From an uncultured Methanosarcinales archaeon (GTDB taxonomy: Archaea > Nanobdellota > Nanobdellia > Woesearchaeales > GW2011-AR9), in assembly GCA_964510085.1 (NCBI GenBank), contig CAZEAB010000004.1, positions 9,284-73,283 of the forward strand: a DNA stretch of 64,000 bases, given 5' to 3'. Shown piece by piece: positions 24,598-33,372 of this stretch; positions within the stretch are counted from its first letter, which is position 1; every line of letters starts with the position of its first letter. The position numbers and the translations under genes are program-made. The notes under the pieces were generated by a model, which did no database searches, was not told the origin of the DNA, and was given only the letters and a program-made list of their open reading frames with translations.

Positions 24598-27500
24598 GAA
24601 AAGCCTGGAAACGAAAGAAGAAAGAGGACCATCATAAAGAAATTGTAGTTCTACTAATGATGATAGGACTCACAGGTTTATTCTTCCTTAGCGTTTCTGA
24701 TACATCAGTACAAACATTCTCATATGTTGGCGACTTCCTAGCAGGTGATTCTATAACCGGTGCTGCTATAGGATTATTTACAGATTCTAATGATGATGAC
24801 TTGGTTGATTTCTTTGAAGATTTTGGAGAAGGTTTAGATAACACCACAAGATGGTATAACTCATCAAGTCTCGCTTCCGTTCATTTTGTCACGAACGGAA
24901 TAATGATCAACACATCATTAACAAACGATGCTGGAGATGTTTCTGTAGTTACAGCACACAATGTTACTGTTCATTCATTTAACATGACTGCTAACATAAC
25001 TGTACAGAATCTTTCTTCAACATTTTCAGTGGATTCTAGTACTGCAGTTCATGTAGCTGCTTTTAATCAAAGTAATCTTCAACAAAAAACTAGTTGCTCA
25101 GTAAATCTTGAAGATCCAGATGAAACTGGTGGTTATTATGTTTTATATTTTTCAAACTCTACAACATCTGGCCCTCCACCAACTATCATCTCAACCTCTT
25201 TAGATGATTTAGGAGCGAACATCACGGGACTGCTTAAAATGAATTATGATAATGAGACAAAAGTGGTTAATTGTTCATTTTTTAGTGGAGGGGACATGTT
25301 ATCTGTTAAGGGCGTAAGTAATGACGTTGCACAAGACTTTGGTGTTGGTATTTTTGCAGAATTAGCATATGCAGGTGCAGGAGATCCAACAGGAGATTTG
25401 AATACTACAATTCATTCATTTAATTATTCATTGGCTCCAGTAGAGGAAGCCCCTCCTGCAAATAGTCTACCTTTACTCGGAAGTATTGATTTAAACACCA
25501 CAGATTTATCGAATGATACAAATCAAAACCTTACTGCTAATGCTGTTCATTTTGATGATGATAGTGACGGAGTAAAAATTATTTACAATTGGTTATTGAA
25601 CGGTTCTTCACAACTATTATTGAATACACCATTTGAAGGAGATAATGAGAATGAAGCAATCAATACTACTGATTATGCCTATTATAACAACGGTTCTGTT
25701 TATGGTGCTACATGGGATCCTTCAACTGGTTTTGATGGAAATGGAAGTTACGATTTTAATGGAAGCACAGACTGGATAAATTTTTCAGATAATACTCGTT
25801 ATGAACCTACAGAAAATTTCAGTATTGAAGTATGGGTAAACCCAAGTGGTAATGGGAGTAGTACTGGTAGTGGTGGGGAACCACGGTCAATAATAAGCAA
25901 AGGAGGGGGATTTTCAGCAGGATATAGTCTGGAACTAAATACAAATGAAATCTCTACAATTTCATTTTATACTGGATCAGGTGGTTCGAGCGATATAGAA
26001 GGAAGTTTGACTGCACCAGATAATGTTTGGACCCATGTTGTTGCTGTATATAACGGTACTAATGCTAGCTTATGGATAAATGGTGTATTAGATACAGCAA
26101 TACCAAGAACTGGAGCTTTCACATATGATACTAGTGCATTAGAAGTTGGTCGTGCTACTGGGACATCCGGACAAGAAGCATATTTTAACGGTTCCATTGA
26201 TGACTTACGAATATGGAATAGATCCTTAACTGGAGAACAGATTCTTGCATTATTCAACAACAAAACCAATCTAATTGTTGCAAAAGAAACCACTTCCGGC
26301 CAAAACTGGACTGTAGATTTAACACCACACGATGGTTCTGCAGCTGGTGGGACCAATAGAAGTAATCAAGTTATTACGGTTCCTGTTTCTGTCGCTGAAA
26401 ACAACCCTCCTCTTCTTGGGGATATTGACTTAAGTTCTACAGATTTGTCTAATGATACCAACCAAAATATATCTGTCTCCTCAGAACCAAGTGATGCAGA
26501 TGGTGACACAGTAAAAACAATTTACAACTGGTTATTAAACACCTCGTCACAGTTATTATTAAACGCACCATTTGAAGCAAATAATGAAAATGAAGCCATT
26601 AATGCAACAGACTATGCTTATTGGAGTAACGGTTCTGTATATGGTGCAACATGGAGTGGCACAAGTGGTTTTGATGGAAATGGGAGTTATGATTTCAATG
26701 GAAGTACTGACTGGATAAACTTTTCAGATAATACGAGATATGAACCAACAGAAAATTTTAGTATTGAAGTATGGGTGAAACCTGATGGAAATGGTAGTGA
26801 GTCTAGTGGTGGTGGAGTACCTCGTGGAATCTTAAATAAAGATGCAGGGTTTACTGCTGGGTATGGTCTTGAGATTTCTACTAATGACTTAAGTACTATT
26901 TTATTTTATACTGGTTCTTTAGGAGCAAATGATATTGAAAGTACTGGAACAGCTCCAGACAATGTTTGGACACACATCGTAGCAGTATATAACAGCACAA
27001 ATGCAAGTGTATGGATTAATGGAGTGTTGGACACTGCTATTGCCAGAACTGGTGCTTTTACATATGGTACTGGTTCATTAGAAGTTGGAAGATCTACTGG
27101 AACAACTAACCAAGAGAACTATTTCAACGGTTCTATGGATGAATTACGTATCTGGAATCGCTCATTATCTGGTGAACAAATTCTTGCATTATTTACAAAC
27201 AGAACAGATTTAATCGTCGCAAAAGAAACAACATCTGGTCAGAACTGGACTGTTGATGTAACACCAAATGATGGAACTCAAGATGGTGGGACTAATAGAT
27301 CAAACCAACTAATAACAGTTCCGGCAGCACCTCCAAATAATCCTCCAATATTGGGTGCTATTAATCTAAACACAACTAATATCACCTCAAATAGTACTAA
27401 TCAAAATCTAACAATATATGCAACGCCTTCTGATGCAGATAGTGATGGCGTAAAAATAATTTACAATTGGTTAGTAAATAGTTCTTCGCAAACAGTTCTG

Positions 27501-30500
27501 AATATTCCTTTTGAATCCAACGGTGGAAATGAGGGGATAAACACAACCGATTATTCAGGAAGAAGCATTAATGGAAGTGTTAACAGTTCCATCTGGAACT
27601 CTACTGGAGGTGTTGATAAAAATGGAAGTTATGTATTTAATGGAATTAATGCATCTATTAAATTTCCAGATAGAACAGAATTTGAATTAGTTGATAATAT
27701 AACTATTGAAGGGTGGGTGAAACATGAAGGAAATTCAACAGATGGCATTACACCAAGGGCAGGAGGTTTCATACAAAAAGATGATGGGATTGGTGCAGGA
27801 TGGTCAATTACAGTTGGAACTGATGACAATGCAACTATTGTATTTCAAATATCTGTTGATTCTTTACCTGTCACACATACTTCAACAGGAAATGTTTCTC
27901 CTAACGCATGGACACATATTGTAGCAAGGTATAACAGAACTAATGTAAGTATTTTTATTAATGGGGTAGAAGACACTATTTTTGCATTTAATGATACAAT
28001 GACGTATGATACAGGTCAACTACAAATAGGACAAGATGGTCCAGATGGCTTTGCGGCATTCTTTAACGGCTCTATGGATGAAATACGTATTTGGAATAGA
28101 TCTTTATCAAATGAACAAATCTCTGCAATTTTTAATAACAAGACAAATGTAATTGTTTCACAAGAAACAACTGGAAACCAGAACTGGACTGTTGATGTAA
28201 CACCAAATGATGGAACTCAAGATGGTGGGACTAATCGAAGTAATCAAGTAATAATAGTTCCTGCTGCTGCTACTGATACTGCTGCACCATTAGTCGAATT
28301 TATTGCTCCAACTAATGGAAGTAATTATAGTAATTTAGATACAAATGTTCTGTTTAATGTAAGTGTTTTAGAAGAAAATAATGATAGTGTTATCTTCATC
28401 TTCAATAATGCGACTGGTACAGCATTCAACAAAACAGGATATAATGCATCGGGTTATTGGAATACTACGCTAGATATGTCTTCTTTGGTAGAAGGAGCTC
28501 ATACAGTAGTTATTCATGCAAATGATACTTCGGGAAACGAAAACAATAGTGTGAATCTTTCATTTACAAAAGACTCTTCCGCACCAACTGTTACATGGAC
28601 TAACCCAACAAATGTTTCAAATTATACCGTTTCTACAGGCAATGTTTCATTTAATATTACTGTTAATGACTTAACTGCTCAAACAGTTTTATTTAGCTTT
28701 GACAATTCCACAGGAAACACTTTCAATGCTACTGCAATAAATGATAGCGGAACGTGGTACGCAAATGTAAACGTAAGTGGTTTAGTAGAGGGAACAACAA
28801 CCGTAACGATAATAGCAAATGATACTTTAGGTCAAATTAACAACACAGAACAGATAATAATTATTGTTGATAACACCGCACCAACAGTTACATGGTCAAC
28901 TCCAAATAACAATACCAACTACTCTTTATCGTATGGAAATGTGTCCTTTAACATCACAGTCAATGAAGCAAACTTTGTAAGAGAATTACTCTTCAGCTTT
29001 GACAATGCAACTGGAAATGCATTCAATGTAACTGGAACGAATGATAGTGGTACATGGTATGCTAACGTAAATGTATCTGGATTGACAGAAGGACTTAATA
29101 CAATTACAGTATTTGCAAACGATTCTTCTGGAAATGTAAATAATTCCATTCAAGTTTCTTTAACTGCAGACTTTACAGCACCAACAGTTACGTTAGTAAC
29201 ACCATCAAATTCATCAAACTTTTCCAAAACAAGCTACAACCAAACATTTAATGTAAGTGTAGGAGATTTAACTAGTAATTCAGTTATCTTCCGATTTGAT
29301 ACTGAGACTGAAACACTATTTGATGTAACAGCAGAAAATAAATCTGGATATTGGTCAGCTTCATACAATGTTTCTAGTCTTGCAAATGGAACTTATACTG
29401 TAACCATAATAGCAAACGATTCTGCAAGTAACCAGAACCAATCTCAAATTATAAAATTTTATGTTGATAAGGAAGCACCAATTGTAACAATTCATGAACC
29501 AGTAGCTCCAGCCAATACAAGTTTATTAGAAATAAACTTTACAACTCACGAATTTGCTGTCTGTTTATGGAAAAACAGTACTGGTTCCTACACTAACTTC
29601 AACAGAACTGAAACTTCCAGTCATTATCAAAATGTAACGGATTTATCTCCAACAAGCCAAATATATAGTTTCTCATGTAATGATACATTAAATAATAAGA
29701 TTAATTTCACATTTCCAATTTTAGTAACAACTCAAAATTACACAAACCTTTCAAGAAAAACGCTTAACTTTAGTGGGAATACAACAGATACAGTAACAAC
29801 ACTTCCTAATTTTAACATTACATTAAACTTATCTGGAACATATGTCTCAAATTTCTCACTTGCTGTAACAGAATATAATTTAACACCTGAAACAGTTAGC
29901 CTTACCATAAGTGGAGAAACAGTTACAGAATTTAGGTATTATGTAATTGAAGCGCCAGATATTACAGAACAAATTAACAAATTAACATTTAAAATAACAT
30001 ATAATGAAACACTCGTTACAAATGCAGGAATTGCTGAAGCAGATTTAGAAGTATTCTATTACAACCTCTCATCTGAAACATGGGTTCCAGAAACAGAGTA
30101 TGCAGTTGATACAGATAATAATTTTGTTGAAGTTAATGTAACTCATTTGAGTACATTTGTTCTTGGAAAATCTGCTGTAGTTGCAGGTGATAGTTCAAGT
30201 AGTAACACAGGAAGTCCAGGAGGTGGCGGTAGTAGTTCCGGTGCTGGAGCAGCATCACCATCAAGTACTCCAACACCATCCACACCATCCACACCAAGTG
30301 CACCAAGTGCTCCGTCTGCTCCATCAACACCACCTGCACCAAGTGCTCCTAGTACTCCAACCACTGCAGCAACAGCACCATCAAGAGGAAACATAGCAGG
30401 ATTTGCGTTCTTTAACAAAGCAGGAGAATTTACAAAAAATAATGCTGGATTAGTACTTGGATTTTTTACAATAATAGTAATATCATTAGGAGCTACAATC

Positions 30501-31262
30501 TCAATCCCAAGAATTAGACGGAGAAGAAAAATGAAACAAACACAACGGTATAGTATTGTATCAGATAAACCAATAGAACCAATTATGGAGATACAAGATC
30601 AATCCTCAAAAGATGATAGTAAATTAGACCAACAATTTAAACGAGTTGAAGAGCTCATTGACAAAATTGGTGAAACAGATGAACATGCACCAATAGCAGC
30701 ACGATATCACGCAGCTGCATCAAGATTTAGAAAAGAAGCTGCTATTGAAAGTCGTCAAAGATCACCAACAACAACTATATTGGCAGAACCAAAGCGACAT
30801 GAAACATTACGAACAGAATTGGATGATATTCATAATGAATTAGCTACATTACGAGAACCAGTAAAAAAATCAAGAATCATTACATCCTCTCCTGTAATGG
30901 GTCATGTTGATGTTAAAAACAGAGATAAAGAATTAAGAGAAGTACAAAGAAAATTGGCTGAAAAGAAAGCTGAAATGAAAGAAATGCCAAAACCTACAAT
31001 TGACCCTGCTAGAGATATTGATATTCAATCAAAATTACAAGAACTTGGTCATCGAAACAAACCACGAATTATTAACTCAGTAAGACCAACAACAGGCCAT
31101 ACAAAATTTGAAGATACAACATTAATGAATAAAAAAATAAACCAATTACAATCAACTGAAACCAACACACCCCCAAAAGCGGAGCAACGGGTTGCTAAAC
31201 CAGGAAAAGAATTACAAGAACTTGAAGAAGAAATTAGAAAATTAAGTGAAAAACTACGCTAA
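24594..31262 (+). CDS. giant surface glycoprotein-like protein (2222 aa; 3 LamG/ConA-like modules, about 5 Ig-like repeats, PT-rich stalk, TM, charged cytoplasmic tail)
   Basis: - N-terminal signal-anchor.
- Three ~310-aa modules, each ending in the Laminin_G_3 signature YFNGS(I/M)D(D/E)LRIWNRSL(S/T)GEQILALF.
- About five ~99-aa repeats beginning AP(T/L/I)V(T/E).
- A PGF-pre-PGF-like segment (THLSTFVLG) and a PS/PT-rich stretch.
- TM helix GLVLGFFTIIVISLGATISI followed by RIRRRRK and a ~250-aa Lys/Glu-rich tail.
- Very many N-x-S/T sequons. Confidence 0.75.
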   Translation: MRKAWKRKKKEDHHKEIVVLLMMIGLTGLFFLSVSDTSVQTFSYVGDFLAGDSITGAAIGLFTDSNDDDLVDFFEDFGEGLDNTTRWYNSSSLASVHFVTNGIMINTSLTNDAGDVSVVTAHNVTVHSFNMTANITVQNLSSTFSVDSSTAVHVAAFNQSNLQQKTSCSVNLEDPDETGGYYVLYFSNSTTSGPPPTIISTSLDDLGANITGLLKMNYDNETKVVNCSFFSGGDMLSVKGVSNDVAQDFGVGIFAELAYAGAGDPTGDLNTTIHSFNYSLAPVEEAPPANSLPLLGSIDLNTTDLSNDTNQNLTANAVHFDDDSDGVKIIYNWLLNGSSQLLLNTPFEGDNENEAINTTDYAYYNNGSVYGATWDPSTGFDGNGSYDFNGSTDWINFSDNTRYEPTENFSIEVWVNPSGNGSSTGSGGEPRSIISKGGGFSAGYSLELNTNEISTISFYTGSGGSSDIEGSLTAPDNVWTHVVAVYNGTNASLWINGVLDTAIPRTGAFTYDTSALEVGRATGTSGQEAYFNGSIDDLRIWNRSLTGEQILALFNNKTNLIVAKETTSGQNWTVDLTPHDGSAAGGTNRSNQVITVPVSVAENNPPLLGDIDLSSTDLSNDTNQNISVSSEPSDADGDTVKTIYNWLLNTSSQLLLNAPFEANNENEAINATDYAYWSNGSVYGATWSGTSGFDGNGSYDFNGSTDWINFSDNTRYEPTENFSIEVWVKPDGNGSESSGGGVPRGILNKDAGFTAGYGLEISTNDLSTILFYTGSLGANDIESTGTAPDNVWTHIVAVYNSTNASVWINGVLDTAIARTGAFTYGTGSLEVGRSTGTTNQENYFNGSMDELRIWNRSLSGEQILALFTNRTDLIVAKETTSGQNWTVDVTPNDGTQDGGTNRSNQLITVPAAPPNNPPILGAINLNTTNITSNSTNQNLTIYATPSDADSDGVKIIYNWLVNSSSQTVLNIPFESNGGNEGINTTDYSGRSINGSVNSSIWNSTGGVDKNGSYVFNGINASIKFPDRTEFELVDNITIEGWVKHEGNSTDGITPRAGGFIQKDDGIGAGWSITVGTDDNATIVFQISVDSLPVTHTSTGNVSPNAWTHIVARYNRTNVSIFINGVEDTIFAFNDTMTYDTGQLQIGQDGPDGFAAFFNGSMDEIRIWNRSLSNEQISAIFNNKTNVIVSQETTGNQNWTVDVTPNDGTQDGGTNRSNQVIIVPAAATDTAAPLVEFIAPTNGSNYSNLDTNVLFNVSVLEENNDSVIFIFNNATGTAFNKTGYNASGYWNTTLDMSSLVEGAHTVVIHANDTSGNENNSVNLSFTKDSSAPTVTWTNPTNVSNYTVSTGNVSFNITVNDLTAQTVLFSFDNSTGNTFNATAINDSGTWYANVNVSGLVEGTTTVTIIANDTLGQINNTEQIIIIVDNTAPTVTWSTPNNNTNYSLSYGNVSFNITVNEANFVRELLFSFDNATGNAFNVTGTNDSGTWYANVNVSGLTEGLNTITVFANDSSGNVNNSIQVSLTADFTAPTVTLVTPSNSSNFSKTSYNQTFNVSVGDLTSNSVIFRFDTETETLFDVTAENKSGYWSASYNVSSLANGTYTVTIIANDSASNQNQSQIIKFYVDKEAPIVTIHEPVAPANTSLLEINFTTHEFAVCLWKNSTGSYTNFNRTETSSHYQNVTDLSPTSQIYSFSCNDTLNNKINFTFPILVTTQNYTNLSRKTLNFSGNTTDTVTTLPNFNITLNLSGTYVSNFSLAVTEYNLTPETVSLTISGETVTEFRYYVIEAPDITEQINKLTFKITYNETLVTNAGIAEADLEVFYYNLSSETWVPETEYAVDTDNNFVEVNVTHLSTFVLGKSAVVAGDSSSSNTGSPGGGGSSSGAGAASPSSTPTPSTPSTPSAPSAPSAPSTPPAPSAPSTPTTAATAPSRGNIAGFAFFNKAGEFTKNNAGLVLGFFTIIVISLGATISIPRIRRRRKMKQTQRYSIVSDKPIEPIMEIQDQSSKDDSKLDQQFKRVEELIDKIGETDEHAPIAARYHAAASRFRKEAAIESRQRSPTTTILAEPKRHETLRTELDDIHNELATLREPVKKSRIITSSPVMGHVDVKNRDKELREVQRKLAEKKAEMKEMPKPTIDPARDIDIQSKLQELGHRNKPRIINSVRPTTGHTKFEDTTLMNKKINQLQSTETNTPPKAEQRVAKPGKELQELEEEIRKLSEKLR
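25456..28270 (+). repeat. three tandem ~0.93-kb coding repeats (LamG modules)
   Basis: Units start near 25456, 26401 and 27334. Units 1 and 2 are near-identical at protein level with mostly synonymous nucleotide differences; unit 3 is more divergent. Confidence 0.8.
28285..29730 (+). repeat. about five tandem ~0.3-kb coding repeats (Ig-like modules)
   Basis: The GCACCA(A/T)... (AP.V) unit starts recur at 28285, 28581, 28879, 29179 and 29476. Confidence 0.7.
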
Positions 31263-31769
31263 TTGAACTTTGCATGAACACGGGAATTTTTTAGCAGCTC
31301 GTTGCAACGCCTCTTTTCCCACTTTCATATTAGCACTATTCAAACGAACTTCCATAAGAATCTGTCCGTCTTTTACCCTTGCAGCAGAACCAATAGATTT
31401 ACCAAAGGATTTCTTCATACCTGTACTTAAACGATCAGCACCAGCACCACTTGCTAACGCATTTTCTCGAAGAACGTGAAATGGATAAATTCTAATCTTA
31501 AAATGATATTCTTTTGCAAGATTCTTTTCAAGCAATCTATTCGCAGTTTGACGTGCAGCTTCAATAGCATTATGCCTAATATTCATTGCTCTTGTTCCTT
31601 TAAGAACTAACTTTGTATCAAAATCTTTTTGAGGTGATCCCATATCAAATTTAATAACTTTCATGTGGGGAAACCCACCACGTACGAAATTCTTTGTAGT
31701 ATACTTACTAATACGAGTATAAGGTCTCTCTAAGTTCTGATATGCAGCGAATTTACGTAGTTTTGCCAT
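31254..31769 (-). CDS. rpl10e: 50S ribosomal protein L10e (uL16)
   Basis: MAKLRKFAAYQNLERPYTRISKY...RIYPFHVLRENALASGAGADRLSTGMKKSFGK matches the L10e/uL16 family. The 23-codon extension in the ORF track (to 31838) looks spurious. The 3' end overlaps the giant gene's stop by 9 nt (convergent). Confidence 0.85.
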   Translation of the reverse strand: MAKLRKFAAYQNLERPYTRISKYTTKNFVRGGFPHMKVIKFDMGSPQKDFDTKLVLKGTRAMNIRHNAIEAARQTANRLLEKNLAKEYHFKIRIYPFHVLRENALASGAGADRLSTGMKKSFGKSIGSAARVKDGQILMEVRLNSANMKVGKEALQRAAKKFPCSCKVQLA

Positions 31770-31878
31770 TTTACAGCAGGGCAGTAGGTTATTTATAAAG
31801 GTTACTATATTTTTGGAGCATAAGCAATAAAAGACCATTGTCGCAGATTTTATATAATCAAATATCTTCTTTCAAGGC

Positions 31879-32562
31879 ATGAAAAGGAAAATAAAAGTAG
31901 TATATGGTGTAATTATACTATTGGCCATACTTTTACTCTTCTATTTCCTTCCAGATATGACACAACTTGCAAAATATGCAGACCCATATCAATTACGCGT
32001 ATTTATACGTAAATTTGGTTTCCTAGCCCCTCTTGTTCTTATATTCCTTCAAACATTACAGGCATCATTCTCAGTATTACCATTCTATGGAGTAACCATA
32101 GCCTCAGGATTTGTATTTGGCGCATTTTGGGGACTAATTTATGCCCTCATTGGTTCATTTATTGGTTCAGCAATAGCATTCTTACTTGCTCGTAAATATG
32201 GAATAAACGTCCTTAACAAATTTGTACGCAAAAAAGATATTGTAAAATTCCAACATTTCTTTGAAGGACGTGAAGGAAAAGCTCTCCTTCTTGCAAGATT
32301 CCTCCCACTATTTCCTAATAATGTGGTAAGTTTCACAGCAGGTCTTACAAAAATGGGATTTAAACAATTTAATATAATCTCAACAATCGGATTTTTGTTT
32401 CAAATCCTTGCATTAACCTATTTTGGAGATGCACTCTCTACAGGTACAGTAAATTGGACAATTGTTGGGATGATCGTTCTTTTAGTCCTATTTGCCTTTC
32501 TAATAATTACAAAACTAGAAAAATGGAAAAAGTTACATCAAAAGATGATGAGGAAGCCCTAA
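31879..32562 (+). CDS. TVP38/TMEM64 (DedA/SNARE-associated) family membrane protein
   Basis: The GVTIASGFVFGAFWGLIYALIGSFIGSAIAFLLARKYG and ARFLPLFPNNVVSF motifs are typical of the family. Confidence 0.65.
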   Translation: MKRKIKVVYGVIILLAILLLFYFLPDMTQLAKYADPYQLRVFIRKFGFLAPLVLIFLQTLQASFSVLPFYGVTIASGFVFGAFWGLIYALIGSFIGSAIAFLLARKYGINVLNKFVRKKDIVKFQHFFEGREGKALLLARFLPLFPNNVVSFTAGLTKMGFKQFNIISTIGFLFQILALTYFGDALSTGTVNWTIVGMIVLLVLFAFLIITKLEKWKKLHQKMMRKP

Positions 32563-33120
32563 ATCTGTAATAGTTTGATTTACAACAAGTCGTACCCATT
32601 CATCCCGAGGATTTCTATCTTGAGTTATAGGAAGTTCAATATAATCAAAGCTTTGTTCTGCTAAAAAGGACCTAATCTTATAATCCATATCCTTCTGGAA
32701 ATCAGGATTGACAGATCTAGTACCAGCCCCTCCTTTAATTCCTGACTCTGTAATTGGTAAAAGATATAATCTATCATACGGAAAATTCCGTGCATGATTT
32801 AAAATCATTTGAAGAGCGTCTTCGTCCCTTCCAACAGCATGTTCCAAATAACAATAATTATCAATACCTCTATCACATACTAACGCTTGATAATTTGGTC
32901 CATTGGGCCTTCTTCTTGCATACCTAAGCTCTTCAGCAATTTGGGTATGAAGAATCCATAACTGTGCTTCTTTTGTAGTACCTTCATTAATTGGTAACCC
33001 CCTTTCCTTAGCATCTGTTGAAACTTCTTTAATAGATTTAGTCTCTACCCCTCGTTTTCGTAATTCACTCTCAACAGCCACAGCAAGCCTTGTCTTACCA
33101 GTAAAGTGGGTACCCATCAA
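32533..33120 (-). CDS. P-loop NTPase (AAA_28/NadR-like ATPase)
   Basis: Walker A GTHFTGKT sits at residues 3-10 of the TTG-initiated ORF. The in-frame upstream codons IEIKYDIHNGGRAYKIAL would supply the expected beta-strand but lack an ATG/GTG/TTG start, so the true start is uncertain. Confidence 0.45.
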   Translation of the reverse strand: MMGTHFTGKTRLAVAVESELRKRGVETKSIKEVSTDAKERGLPINEGTTKEAQLWILHTQIAEELRYARRRPNGPNYQALVCDRGIDNYCYLEHAVGRDEDALQMILNHARNFPYDRLYLLPITESGIKGGAGTRSVNPDFQKDMDYKIRSFLAEQSFDYIELPITQDRNPRDEWVRLVVNQTITDLGLPHHLLM

Positions 33121-33242
33121 CGCGATTTTATACGCTCTACCACCATTATGGATATCATATTTAATTTCTATTCACCTAACGTATAGGAATATGTAAATCA
33201 GTTAAAAGGTTTATTGTTCTTCGTAAGTAATATGTGATCTCA

Positions 33243-33318
33243 TGTGAGCTAGGCACGGCGTTTATCATGAGCTCACTTTGTTTACTCATCGCCTCAGCTG
33301 GCTAGGCCCCTGCTCACA
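33243..33318 (+). ncRNA. Copy E (divergent) of the recurrent structured motif
   Basis: Outer stem UGUGAGC, then UAGGCACG GCG UUUAUC AUGAG-loop-CUCAU CGC CUCAGC UG GCUAGGCCCC, closed by outer stem GCUCACA. It ends 55 nt upstream of the radical SAM ATG at 33373. Confidence 0.4.
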
Positions 33319-33372
33319 AGATATTACTTCCTCTTAAATAGATTTATAAAAGAAAACAGCCAAATACATACT

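Noticed and set aside
25456-29730. Regularly spaced direct repeats that might suggest a CRISPR array
   Set aside because: The units are 0.3-0.93 kb, lie in one long open reading frame and encode LamG and Ig-like domains. There are no short repeat-spacer units and no cas genes.
30133-30418. Three overlapping ORFs (two minus, one plus) of 69-91 aa
   Set aside because: They arise from the PS/PT-rich low-complexity stalk of the giant surface protein, where a repetitive GC-richer sequence is open in several frames.
31770-31838. N-terminal 23-codon extension of the L10e ORF (MVFYCLCSKN...)
   Set aside because: The conserved L10e sequence begins at MAKLRK (ATG at 31769). The extension is hydrophobic and Cys-rich and overlaps the likely promoter.
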